DNA of 64,000 nucleotides from Lepidodermella squamata (taxonomy: Eukaryota > Animalia > Gastrotricha). The stretch is taken from the NCBI GenBank assembly GCA_047495785.1, contig JBLDXI010000042.1:4030001-4094000 (forward strand), written 5' to 3'. Both the position numbers and the translations under genes were made by a program. Of this stretch, positions 48,118 through 61,011 are shown in pieces; the first letter of the stretch is position 1, and each line of letters starts with the position of its first letter. The notes beneath the pieces are model-generated. The model searched no databases and was not told the DNA's origin. It was given only the letters and a program-made list of their open reading frames with translations.

Positions 48118-51100
48118 TGGATGGATGGATGGATGGATGTTAGACCCTGACACCATTTCTGGTGATTTAACAGGGCTTGGGATGATAAGTTATGCCTGTC
48201 ACCGATAATTCGATGTTAGGCGCAGAGATGGCACAATGTAATACAAAAATAAATTATAAAAATAGAGCTATGATCTATTTGGTCCATTCAGACACCTGTT
48301 CGATGAAGAATTGCTGAAGGTAGGCGGCTTTGCGGCAGGCTTTCGAGCTAGTGAGCTTACGAATGAAGGGGTCGGTCTGTCTCCATGCCTTCGAGCCGCG
48401 GATGAGGAAAGTTCGATCTTGGGTGACACTGTCGGACTGCGTGGCCTTGAGGCTGCCGTTCGTGGAACTGCGGAGTCCGGGGTTCACCTCCGTTTTCGGC
48501 TTGAAGAGTTCGATTAGCTCGACTGGTGCTTCGCCATGGAGGCACTGGAAAACCAGCTTAGTTTCGTGAACTTGTCTTCTTCCAGCGAGAGTGAGCCATT
48601 TCAGGTGGCAGCGTAGGTCGTCGACTGGGCACGAGTAGTCCTTCATCATTAGCGCTCGGATGGCGTTGTCTTGCGCTCGATCAAGGGTCTTCCTGGCAGC
48701 AGCAGAACCAGCACTGAGTATCACGTCACAATAGCTGAGTCGCGAGTTCACCAGGCTGTTGTAGATAGCTTTGCGACCGTCTAACGGGATACCGTTCTGG
48801 CCGGCTAGGCGTAGGGCGTATGATCCGCTGCGACACTTGGCGTGGACGAGCTGGGCGTGTTCCTCAAAACTGAGGCGGTTGTCGACTTGTACTCCGAGTA
48901 ACTTAACCCTCTAATGCCGGCAGCTTCTCGGCTTTATACAAACTGAGTTTACTCAATCGGTCAAAACTGACTCAAAATGAGTATATACAGCTATCTACGT
49001 GTGTATACTCAACCGGGACCTCCTTTTTTTGGACTTTGAATTATGAAACTGAGTATACACTTGTACCAATTGAGTTTACTCGTGCTAAAAAAATTGTATA
49101 AATACGCACTTGAGTTAACTCAGGAAGAGCGCAACATCACATGTATTTTATTCATGAAATTCTCAAAATCTGAAAAAATTGAAGAAATTGCCGTAAGTAA
49201 CCTAAATCAAAGGTCGACATGATTCGCCGGCACGACCAGCAGCTAAACAACAGCACAGGTAGATGCGGCAATAGGCGGGCTTGCGGCGCGCTGACGAAAA
49301 TCGCTGCGAAGCCGCGACAGGTATGGGCAATTTTTTGCAAAAAGACTAATCGTATTCAGATAAAACCTTAAACTAAGTAATATCGATGTGTTATTTTGCG
49401 CTCTGCCTGGCTGCCTTTTATTTCCGAGCAAGCATTGTGAGAAAGAGCTCAGTATTGAGCAACAATTGCGAGCTGATTGTTGTTACGCAACAGTGTGTGG
49501 CGCAACACTAGACCGCGACCTAAAAGCTGGTCACCCCGAATAATTAGTATTTACCACAAAACATTTAAAAAGTGACTGTAAATATAGCTATCGGCGCCTG
49601 GTATGAGTAAACTCAATTGGCAATTGACTTTACACACAACGGAGTCTAATCATTCACTCAAAACCGGCCGTCCGGGCGGCCGCCATGTGTTTATACAAAA
49701 AATTTATACAAAAAATTGATTGAGTATACACACAAATCATCCGACCACCTGACGCGCGCACTCACCTGTGTTACGCAATCAACGCGCCGACTTTGCGGTT
49801 TTCGGAATCAGGGAGCCCTGATGGCCAACTACAAAATTGCCAAGCGGCTAGGCCGGCAAAAATCGGGAAGTATGAAAATTCAAGGTGAATAGCGCCAGTT
49901 TGAGTATACACGTTTTCGGCATTAGAGGGTTAATCGATTGTTGAGGGTGAATGAGCGTTCCGTTCACATTGACTGGTAGGTTGACGTCGATTTTCGCGGT
50001 TTTCGGGCCGATGAACATTATTTGAGTCTTCGTTTCATTCAACTTTAGAGAGTTGACACTTAGCCAGTTTGCGACATGGGAGAGCTGTTTTTCGAGTATG
50101 GACTTCGCTTCGTCAGTTGTTGACCCAATCGCATAGATCGTAGTGTCGTCAGCGTACATAACGGAATAGCAGTTGGGATCGTTGATAGTTTCTGGCAATT
50201 CATTAACATAGACGGTGAAGAGAAGAGGGCCAAGGACACTCCCTTGAGGGACACCGTATCTGATTGGCAATGACGACGAGGAGATGTTGCCGACCTTAAC
50301 CTTCTGGTGACGGTTAGACAGATAGTCCGTGAACAGGTTCAGGGCTTCGGGCCCAAGACCAAACGAACGGAGAGATTCGATAACTCCAGCCGGGTCAAGC
50401 GAATCGAATGCTTTTGATAGATCCAGGCTGGCAGTGGCGACGTACTTGTTTTGAGCTGCAGCTACGAGCCACTTCTCGGCGAGCGCCACCAGACAGCCGC
50501 TGGTCGAGTGATGTTTGCGAAAGCCGAACTGGTATTTTGACAGGAAGCTGTTCAGGTGAGGTTTCAGTTGTTCACCGAGGCAGCGTTCGAAGAGTTTCAG
50601 GCAGCCAGGTAGAATCGAGATAGGACGGTAATTCTCAGGCAGCTGTTTCTCGCCAGACTTATGAATTGGCGTCACGACGCTGGTTTTCCAGTCTTCAGGG
50701 AGTTTATCACCTTTGAGGATTCCATTGAACAGGGAGACTAGAGCAGCGTTCATGGCTGGGCAGCTAATACTGTCTCGTAGAACAAATTCCGGAATGCCAT
50801 CATTGCCGGCAGTTCTCTTGTTCGAGAGTTTCATTGCACTTTCAATCAGGTCTTTTTCCGTGATTTTGCGAAACTCGAAGGCCTGTTTGATACTAGATGC
50901 GCGGCGTTTCATATTAGGCGTTGGCAGCGATTTGGCAACTTTTTCTCCGACTGTACAAAAATAAGCGTTGAATTTATCAGCCATGGCAGTAGCTGTGTCG
51001 TCATCGATTTCTTCGTGTTTCTTTTTGTTCGGCATGAAGTCGTTCAGAATTTTCCAGACTTCTTTGGGGTCACCGCCGGCTTCGGTCAGTCGGTCTTCGT

Positions 51101-51630
51101 AGTGCTTGGATTTCCAGTTTCTCGTCAATTTTTTCACTTTTGTTTTGATGGCCTTGAAGCGAGCCAGCGAGTCATCAGATTGGAACGTTAGATGATCTCG
51201 GTGAGCCTTGTTCTTTTCCTCGATGGCTAGTATTAGTTCGACGTCGAGTTTCTTCGATGTATTCAGTTCCAAGCGCTTTTTGGTAGTTTTTCCAGGCTTC
51301 ACAGTGATAGTTGTAAAAGGAGCGATGATGTCGAGAACAGCGATAACGTGACCTTTGATCCTGGACCATTTGTCAGCGGAGGAAGAGTTCTCGGGGATAG
51401 GATCGGCCTCCAGGCGGCTATTGAGCATTGAGTTGAATAGTTCAAGCTTATAGCCTTTGAATTTGCGCACGTTTATCTTGTACGGTTTCTGAGCTTCTGC
51501 AGTAGTTCTCAGAAAACAGGCCGTGCCGTAGTGGTCGGAGAAACCGGGTAAGGTAGCTGTGCCCACGGCTTCATGTGACTTGCTAACCCAGATGTGGTCC
51601 AGACTCGAGTTCGAAATAGGCCGGGTGATT
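48118..51630 (-). mobile_element. 5'-truncated APE-RT non-LTR retrotransposon (CR1/L2-like), interrupted by a piggyBac-like insert; (CATC)n tail
   Basis: LDHIWV..FSDH (endonuclease end), NYRPISIL, QFGFR, LDLSKAFD, GVPQGSVLGP, YADD. Removing 48907-49933 restores SIKLLGVQVDNRLSFEEH in frame to the stop at 48275. Confidence 0.95.
48907..49929. mobile_element. Non-autonomous piggyBac-like element, 1,023 bp
   Basis: TTAA at 48903-48906 and 49930-49933; perfect 13-bp TIR ccctctaatgccg / cggcattagaggg; no transposase ORF. Confidence 0.92.
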
Positions 51631-52051
51631 TTATAATCGTCAATTTGAACGATCAATTTGAATCTGCTAGAGAGCAGAGGCAAAAGAAAAATGAATGCAT
51701 ACAATTAACTATTCATTTTACGATGTTATAATTTTAGTAACTATTTTCGTGCAATATTTTTGGATAAGGTACTAACTCATTTACATCTGAATTCTCTACA
51801 CTCGATTTAGTCTTCTCCACTCGACTGCGTCCCGTTCGAAAGAGAACTAATTGAAACAATCAGTGGGTTGATTTGTCCAATCATAAATCGCAGATTCATA
51901 ACAAGTGGGTACAAGGAGAAAGGAGAAAAGTTTTTTCCGTTTTGGCAGCATGAAGTTGAGCCTTGGAGCTCCGCGAAGAGTTCTTTATTCAATCACGCTG
52001 AGACATTCTTTTCGTCGCCTCCTTGGAGCTCTGGAAGAGCAGTTTCCTTGA

Positions 52052-52328
52052 CAGGGACGGCACCAGGGTACTACAGCCAGGGGGGCAAGCTGGGGCACAC
52101 TAACAATGAAGAAAGGGGTTGGGATACTTGAAAAGCTGCGATTGCAAAAATATCATACAACAACTACCATGCGAGCGAAGCGAGCTTTAGCCAAGGCTAT
52201 TTTGAACATTTTCTTGTCAGAAAGAGCCTAAAAAAGACTCACATTGAGCTCACTGACCAATTATTCAGGTGGCAAGATTCTTTGCCAGGGGGGCGCTGCC
52301 CCACTTGCCCCCCCTGGCGCCGTCACTG
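52052..52328. mobile_element. hAT-type MITE, 277 bp
   Basis: Imperfect TIR cagggacggcaccaggg / ccctggcgccgtcactg; 8-bp TSD ttccttga at 52044-52051 and 52329-52336. Confidence 0.9.
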
Positions 52329-52711
52329 TTCCTTGACCCTTCTCAAGCTCACAAAAGAGGTAAGGTTGTTAATGGGATATTATTGAAATCTAATCTAATG
52401 AGAAGCATCAGATAAGAACGGTGATTGGTGAGAGAGGTGACAAACGAAGAAAGGATTGGTAGATAGTAAAGCCCAATCGCCGCGAGTGCCGAGAGGCAAA
52501 GGTCGCAAAATAAAATATTTTTCATGCCAAAGCCCAATCGCCAATTCGTCGACAGAAAAACCCTTGTTCCAGGCTTTCGCTCCACGGGCGAGAGCATTCA
52601 CTGGCTGGTGGTATTGACTTCTTCAACAGGCTGTGTTGTCTGACGATGTTGTTTCAGTGCCTCTTTGACGGCTCCCCTCCCCTTTCGATTCAACACGGTC
52701 TCACAGCGCGC

Positions 52712-55235
52712 CTGCCTGCCTGCCTGCCTGCCTGCCCTCATAACTAGGGAACCTCAGGATCCCTAGAAAGCAAATTAGATCATTGGGCAGAGGAAAGCCC
52801 TATTGTCAAAGGTAATTTGCCAATCCTCAGACAGTAGTTTGAATGGCTGTGCTAACTATTTTCTCCAGACGTTTGAAGAAAATTAAGGTATTTTTTACAA
52901 TTCTATTGTCAGCACTAAGCAGCCTTGCAGGGTCGTGGCCAGCAACAGATAAACAGTCGTAAGAAATATGGTAGGCTAACTGGCTCAGAGGAGTAACGTT
53001 ACCACAGAACATACATGTAACATCATCAATTCTGAAAATAAAATGTTCGATACGGCGAAAGACGGTATTCGTGACGACTCGCAGAGCAGTACTTCTAAGG
53101 TCAGGTGGATAATTTTCGAATATCTTACTAATGCCAAAGTAACCGTCCCTGGCTAATAGGTAGCTGGCATTATATTTATTATGAAATTTGACAGATAGTT
53201 CAGAAACATAGCAGTCTTTGACTAGGTTGAAAAATTGCTCCATGACTGCCGGGTCACGCATAAACCAGAAGTCGGGAGGCAGATTGTAGGATAATAGAAA
53301 TTTACGAGTTGCGTGGATGGGATTTAAGACACCCATCTTCGGACGAGAATGGAAGTAAAAAGAAAAAGCATCATTCACTAAGGGGTTGGCACATTTCGTC
53401 AGCTCACATGTAAACTTGACTGCATTGAGTTTCGCCTTTAGGCTAGGGGGAATAAGTCCCATAACAAAACCAGTTGATAAACTAGACGCATTGTACGGAA
53501 TGTCGCGCGCTCTTTTATAATACTTATAACAGACGCTGTCCAATTTAGCAACACGGCTAGGGGCGAAGAGGCCCCAGAGTTCGGAGCCTGCAAGCATCGC
53601 CGCTTCAATTTTGCTACAAAATAGTGTATCCAAGTTATTGCGTTCTATCATACTCAATTTGATCCTATGAGAGGAAAGAGCGTTGTAACAGCTATTGCCA
53701 CGTGTAAGCGCATTTTCAATAGCTTCAAACCAGCTCAAGTCGCTGGATATCGGTACGCCTAGGTAGAAATCAGATTTTACAACTTTGAGAGGTACGCCGT
53801 TCATATTAAAGGAGTAACGGTCAGATGAAACAGGAGCTTGGGAAAAAATGATAACTTTCGTTTTACCGGGGTTAGGGCTGAGCCCTTCTCTAGTAGAATA
53901 CGTCGACATAGCATCAATCTGTATTTGCAAATCCACCGCGTTAGTTGCAGTGGGTGTGGAGTCGTCCGCATATAATACGCAAAGTACCTTGGTAGAAAGT
54001 AACTTAGGAATGTCTGATAGATTTTTGGCATTCTCAGCCAGATGAAGAGGCAAATCGGCGGTATACAGATTGTACATTAGGGGACCTAAGACGTCACCCT
54101 GTCTAACACCGCGTTCAATGGCGATGTCTGCAATAGACAGTTTGCTGCCAACTCGCACTTTGGCTTTAGCGTCGGAATAGAGAGAGTTCAATCTCTTGGC
54201 AAAGGAAGATGAGATACCTAATCGCTGGCATTTCCATATAAGACGGTTGTGAGGAACGCAGTCGAAAGCTTTAGTAAAGTCGATTAAACATATAAAGAGC
54301 ATTCTACCGCGAACGTGGATTTGGTACGTCGCCAACGACTGAAGGACGAAAGCCGCGTGTAAGCGCGATAATCCTTTTTCGAAACCAAACTGCTCTTCAG
54401 GTATGATCGAGTGAATTCTACACCACTTTTCCAGTCTCAATTTCAGTATAGTAGAATAAGTTTTGTATATTACGGATAAAAGAGATAATGGCCGGTAGTT
54501 GTCCGGCTTAGAGGAGTCACCTTTTTTGAACAAGGTGCAAAACAGAGACAAATTTAGTCCCGATGGCAGGGTGTAGCTAAGGAAACACGGTTCAAAAATT
54601 TTAAAGAGCGTCTTGCTGAAAAAAGAAACATTCAGGTCACTGTGTTGCATGAATTCAGCTGTAATACCATCCGGGCCGGGCGCCTTACCTGCTTTTTGAA
54701 GTTCTATGGCCATTTTGACTTCGTCAATAGTCAAAGGAGCATCCAGTATTGGGTCTGATGTTGTGAGTTCGAGTGGGGGTGAGACAACATTCCGATTTCG
54801 GTAGAGCTCCCCGAAAAATTCGACCCATTCGTGCATCTGCGGTTGATTTTGGGGAGAAAGAGGCGCTGTTTTGAAAGCCACCCAGAGAGAACGTTTAGTT
54901 TTATCGCTGTTGATTACTGATATTTCCTTGTTACGATTTAATATGCGGCGCATTTTGCGCGAGGCGTTAGCTTGTTTTCTGTATAAACAAAAATTCACAT
55001 GATCCCCGACATCCGGGCGGGTCGAGTCGGCCTCGATAATTTTAGTATCATAAGGGATGTGGCCTCTAGTGGCAAAATTACTGATAAGATCTAGCGTAGA
55101 GCGCAAAGCATCGTTAGGCATTTGAGGTAAGTTATCCGCAAATGAGTCGATGTCAGTATTTAAAAGGTGATTATGGAACGCACCTGAATCGAAGTGCACC
55201 TTAGTATAAGACGTGGAAGCGCTAGTCTGCTTAAA
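52712..55235 (-). mobile_element. 5'-truncated non-LTR retrotransposon with uninterrupted RT and C-terminal CCHC finger; (GGCA)n tail, 15-bp TSD
   Basis: KAPGPDGI, NYRPLSLL, IDFTKAFD, GVRQGDVLGP, YADD, YLGV, CMFC..H....C. TSD ggtctcacagcgcgc at 52697-52711 and 55236-55250. Confidence 0.95.
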
Positions 55236-58200
55236 GGTCTCACAGCGCGCGGGGGATGCTTCGATGATCATCAGCTGACTTTGAATTGCGCGGACTATTT
55301 ACCAAAGTTGACATATAAAAACTAAGATTCATAATATAATCGCATAATTTTGTTTCTGTGTAATATATATAAATAAATTTTTAGCGTACTAAGCTCCGCC
55401 CATCGATTTCAAAAGTTGTGGCGCCTAATTCGGTTTGAAATGTTGCTGTTAGCGCATTTTGTTGCCAAGTACGCTTTAATGATATATCGGCGTAGAAAGT
55501 GATTACTGCATGGATTTTGCTATTCAGTCCACTTCGGATTTATTTCAGGACTTCTTGCCACTACTTTAATATGGAGTTATCCTAATTTTTCATCTAATTC
55601 CGTCTCCTCGATTCTAATGACGTAATGAAATTCCAGTAAATATGGCCAGGGTTTCACCATTTTGCATATTTATGTTGCACTATATCTCATATATACGCTG
55701 GCGAATATTATCAAGTATCATTTTCGGCATAGTTACTGAGTTTCTTTGGTTTTGCAACAAGTTTAAGATCTGTTTATCATCAATCAGGTAGGTATCTACA
55801 CTTTTAAAATGCCGTCGTTGCCTCTTAACAATCAGCGTTACAATACGGATGAGGGCTAAGTTAAATGATTGTTCGCTTTCTATGTAATTCTCAATGAGTC
55901 AGTTGATATGTGTCAAATGCGAATGCTTCTCTCGGGTATTTCGACTGCAAGATTTTCGGAGGCCCTATTAAAATTCTTGGAATGAATTGTGATCAGTTAT
56001 CTAACTGCGCTTCCATACTCACTGTGCTTTTTTAAATTTATCTCTTATGATTTCAAAGCTGTAGATCAATCTGGTTCATGATTCCTGCATATTTCGAGGC
56101 GAACGATTTTACTACCGGTCTAGAAAAGGCTGCAACTTGCTTCGTAAGGTGTAATTCCATAAGTAAATTGAGCTGGATCTAGGTACCAATGCTAAGACGC
56201 ATGAGTTTCGTCAAATATAACTGGGACAGATTGCTGTGAGTGCTCACTATTGAGATGTGTCTTTCACTCGTAAATAGCGAATTGGTAAACTATTATTATT
56301 CATCTGACCATCGGCTACTCGGGTAACTTGATCCGCATGGAAAATAAACTGCGCTATTTTTATTACATTCGTTGCTATCAACCGACACAGAAATATTTTA
56401 TCGTATCATTTTTTATTCTAGATGTTGTTAAACCAAGAATTACAACATCGAATTACCCAAAGCACGCTTTTAGGCGTGGTATTATCCTTTATCGTGCTGA
56501 ATTGCTGTTATTGCATCAACTTCGAGGATTGGCAGAAATCGTCCGTCGAGAATATTTATCGGTTACAATGCTCCCTGAAATGCGCTGCGGAATTTGTAAG
56601 TTTAATCAACACATTTTTCTTATGATAGGTCCAGAGTGTGATGTCATTCGCACGGGACGTAGGTATCTATTTTACGATTAAGCAAGCGCTTATTACTGGA
56701 CTTGTTGCCAAGGTTTTAGCTTCCCGTGTCGCCGGTCTTTTCCGAATTGTAGCCATTTTAGCACATATTGACTTTGCAAATATCGAGTACGTTACTACAT
56801 GACACAACAAAGAGTTAGAATAACCGTACCGCTGCGACCCTTTGCTATACATTGCATAACCGAAAATGTATCACCGCCACCTTCCGATGCTCCTTAAACA
56901 CTAGCATCAGGTGGTCTACAGATCACATGGATGTTTTGCTGCAACTTAGTTACACTGCCGCGTGGAATGTGTACATAAGTCCAAGCGTGTTATGCTTACC
57001 TGTACGTATAAATGGGGATAAGCGAGTTGCGATACCCCAATGTTTGCTTCTCGTGATCTTGTGCGTGTTTGTCGTCGTGTGCGCTCCTGCCTTATCGCTT
57101 TTGCGTCAGCTGGTTGACTTTTCTCGTGCCTTGCGAGGAATTCACAGCCGGGCGCGATCAACGGTTATTTTTCTCTTGCAGTATTTACGGGAAATTTTTA
57201 TGACGATGATGATGATGATGAAAATTGTTTTGTCTGTTCTACGTGACTCGTAAATAATAAGCCGAAAATCTTGATAGAGCGGCGCGTGTAGACGTGCAGG
57301 TAATTTTGCATTCAAACCAATGCTACTGATATAAATTGGTTCATTGCGCGCGCCAGGTTCAACTTTTATGGCGTAAAACAGCGACGGTTTTAGCATTTTA
57401 TTAGCAGGATAGATGGCACAGCCACAACAACAGAAACATTTAGCGCGCTGTCCTGATTTTCTGGTCTGCGACGTGACCGATAAATGGCTTACGGTTCAAA
57501 GACCTATTCGATACTTGACACGGCAGAAGTGCCGTGCACTTCAAGGCGCAATAACACGGCTAGCGTCTCGAAAACACGTTGCTTTGTTGTTGATTGCGAA
57601 TTACGACACCAAGCATTGTCAGGGTTTATTTTTGTTGTCAGGCGAGATTTGATTAAGTTAACAAAAATAACAGTAACCACTCGAGAGATTTATTTATTAT
57701 TTCAAGCTCATAGGCTAGCCTGTAGTGATTGATTGTTCACATCATTCAAAATGTGTTGCGCAACAAATGTTATTACTGGTGAGATCACAAGTGCTAAATA
57801 TATCTCCCGGAAGGCGGCTCATTTAGGCGTATTAAGCTGCGGGCTGGCTATCTTCACCACCACCAATACCCTCGTGTTGTATAAATATACAGACAGTGCA
57901 CGGACAGACACGCGGCTGCGATTCTCCAGGCCCAGAATTGACCGTTTAGGGAGTTGTGGCTGCTGTAACATCAGTTAGGCACGTCTCACCCCTGGGTGTT
58001 AATCAATTAGCCGACACTACCAACGCACAATAGGGGTCGGTCGGTCGGTCTGAGCATTGATTTATTTTTCAAGAAATTAATAAATCACGGAATAGATGTG
58101 TAATATATCGCCGGCACCAGCAGCTGCTATTGTTCGCGCTTTTGGCGGCTGGCGTTTCTCTATTTCCGCCGTTATATATGTATCAATTCATTGAATCAAA

Positions 58201-61011
58201 TTGTATTAGCCTGGTCCTGGTGGGCGGCAGCGTCGATTTCAGGCGACGACAAAAATAAACACGACGCGTTTTTAAGGAAGCCGATTATTATTTTGTTTCA
58301 AGTACGTACGCTTCCCGGTTTTCGGGCGCCGGAAATTATTCGTGTGAATGAAAGAACGAGAAAATAACAAAGCTGGGTGTGTAACTGGATACCTCCCCGA
58401 TGTACACAAAAACACAACTTACGCTTTTTCTCGCCTGTTTATTATTTATTTAAGGAAAGGTAATAAATTCGGCGCGTGTTCACATCATCATCATCGCCAG
58501 TTTTTCGCGCCGATAATCTGTAAAAGCACGCCCCACGAAGCGCACCCGCGACATTTGTTTTTTCCAGTGCGATTACATTTCGTTATTACTCGCCCGCCCG
58601 CCGCCTTAAAAATAATAAGTTGTCCTGGGTAATAATAACCTCATTTATCATTTACCAAGCCGCTGCCCCGGAAAAATCGCGGCGAGCAACAAAAACAACA
58701 ACTCGATACAATGTTATTTCAAGGTCTCGAGATCATTTTTCTCTCAACTCTCAGGTGTATAAACAGCGGCACTTTTGTTTGTTTTAATAAACGTTGGTGG
58801 TTTTATCGAGGCGCATCTTCTTCCTATACTCGAGCTCTTCAATGAAGCTGATTATTAACAACAACAATAAGAGCACGGCTAATGATGATGATGACGATGA
58901 TTAGGCGTAATAATGCTGGTGCCGCCGGAAGTGGGTAGGGCTGCGGCTGTTATTCCGTAATTCCGAAGGATAGATTGAAAGTGTGCCCCGGCGCCGCACC
59001 GATTAAAGAGAAACCAACAGCCGGTTGGTGCAATATCGTAGGAAACCTTTGTTGTGTGGGCCGAAATGGTGGAAAGCGGCGCGGCAAACAGTGACTCCTT
59101 AGCTGTCTAATTAGCCGTGGAAAATGGAACATAAACAGTTGCTGGCAACAAAACACTACCACACCATCTGCGCTCCGTTTCGAGCGTTTTGAGCCGAGTA
59201 ATTGAGAGAGCGGGAGATAGATACGCGTTATTTGTTATGAGTAGGAGGCGAAGGGACGCTCCTACTACTATTTTAAGGCGGCGCGCGTGAAACAAGCTCA
59301 ACAGGTTGCGATTAATATGAACCTCCAGGCTAAACGCGTTAACTCGTGCGAATGACATTGCATTTCACTCATTCGTTCAGTGTTTTTTTGATATACATGT
59401 ATTCATATTTTGCAGCTGCCAACGAGCCGCAACGATTCGACGTCGAATGGACGCGACGCGATAACGCGATGTGAGCATTCGGCTCATTCAGGCTGTTCTG
59501 AAGTTTGTTTTTGTTTTGTTCTTTTTCGAATATGTGTATATAACAACAATGCAGCAAAAACATGACGGGAAATGATCTATGATAAAATATGATGGCGCGG
59601 TTTTTATTGCGAAATTATTTTCGCCCTTGAATGGCGCCGGCCTGCACTTATTAAGTTTGATTGACGTGAAATATGATATAAGCAATAACGCTGAATCGAT
59701 TGTGATCCGCGGTTGTTTATAGTTCTAAACTTTGAAACCAAATTTTTCGGCGTTTTTCTTCGGCTAATCGCAGTCGTTTGTGGCTTTGATTTGCGGCCCA
59801 GCGCACTAGCTAACTTCGTAATTGAATTCAAACGAGCTGCTGGCCGGGCCTTCTAATGAAAATTCAGAAGCAATTTAGCGACTGGCCACTCGAAATGATC
59901 GCCTCCGCATCCACAATGTAATAACGAGCTGGGACATGGAATGAGACACAACATGGAAGCCATGTACTCGAGGGCTCTCAATTGGTGTGAAATCATCATC
60001 CACAATGTTTATGTTTGTGTTTATGTTTGTGGGAATGTGTTGGGCGCGCCTAACTTAACTAGCCTCATATTCTCTCGCCTTTTATTAATAGTCGTGTTGG
60101 TAGTAGTAATAACGATAGTAATAATAAGGGTGGACATGAAATACATTATTTTTATTGTTATGATAGCCGGGCCGCGATTCCGGGATGCTCGCGATATCAA
60201 AAGCGTTTTGTCCGGGTGGCGGAGGCAAACATTTAGCGCCCTTCCGCGCAGCTATTCTGGGCAAACCCATGTTGTCAAAGACGCAAAACATGTGTTCTGA
60301 TAAAGTGCCATTGTAGTCACTTTAATTCAAGGGCTGTTTTCCGGACTCGAGATTTACGCACCCGACCTACTGCTAAGCTTTGTTTGACCTAGCTGCAAAC
60401 TCATCATACAAGCTCCATGGTGTTGGCATTAATAATGATAATATTGATGGCTGAAAGATGAAAGATTACAATAATAATTCTCGGCTATGTTGGTTTTTCA
60501 TATTTCCATCGTAGACGCGTTCCATTCGCTGCCAGACTAAACTAATCTTGACTAATCCCATAACCAAAAGGAAGAAAATTGAATCAATTAGAAACCATCG
60601 AAAAAAGTTCAATTCAAGATTAAATATAAGCACGCATATTCCCGAGATGACAGGAATATATTCTGTAAATTCAAAGCAGTTAGCAACAAGTTTCATGAGT
60701 AAAAAACTCCCGGGGAGAATTTTCTGGCCGAAAAATACCGGATTGCAAGACCTAGGAGAAATATAGGAGAAATAATTTCTTAAAGCTTGCTAGTTTTTCA
60801 TTATTTTGATGGCTCCCACAAAAATGAGCATAATATACACTTTTCAAAGTAGAAGCGGAATTTACGTGTCTAAGTTGTGGTTTTCGCGATGTGAAAGCTA
60901 GGTTGAAGTAAACCATGTCAATTTTATCAATATTCGTTGGTTTAGACCGATTTTAAGGTCTTCCGGCTATTTTATTGTGGATTTATCATTAATTTTTCTG
61001 ATTTTTTTCAG

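Larger units (their letters stand above)
46150..56330 (-). pseudogene. Putative decayed multi-exon gene of unknown family, fragmented by the transposon nest
   Basis: Exon-like open segments with good splice sites: 47745-47446 (300 nt, ttatcag|..|gtgagt), ~47388-47299, ~46869-46667. A segment at ~56190-56025 has in-frame stops. No recognisable domain; extent uncertain. Confidence 0.3.

Noticed and set aside
56852-57253. Hydrophobic stretch as a possible anosmin signal-peptide exon
   Set aside because: No nearby in-frame ATG and no convincing splice path to 61012.
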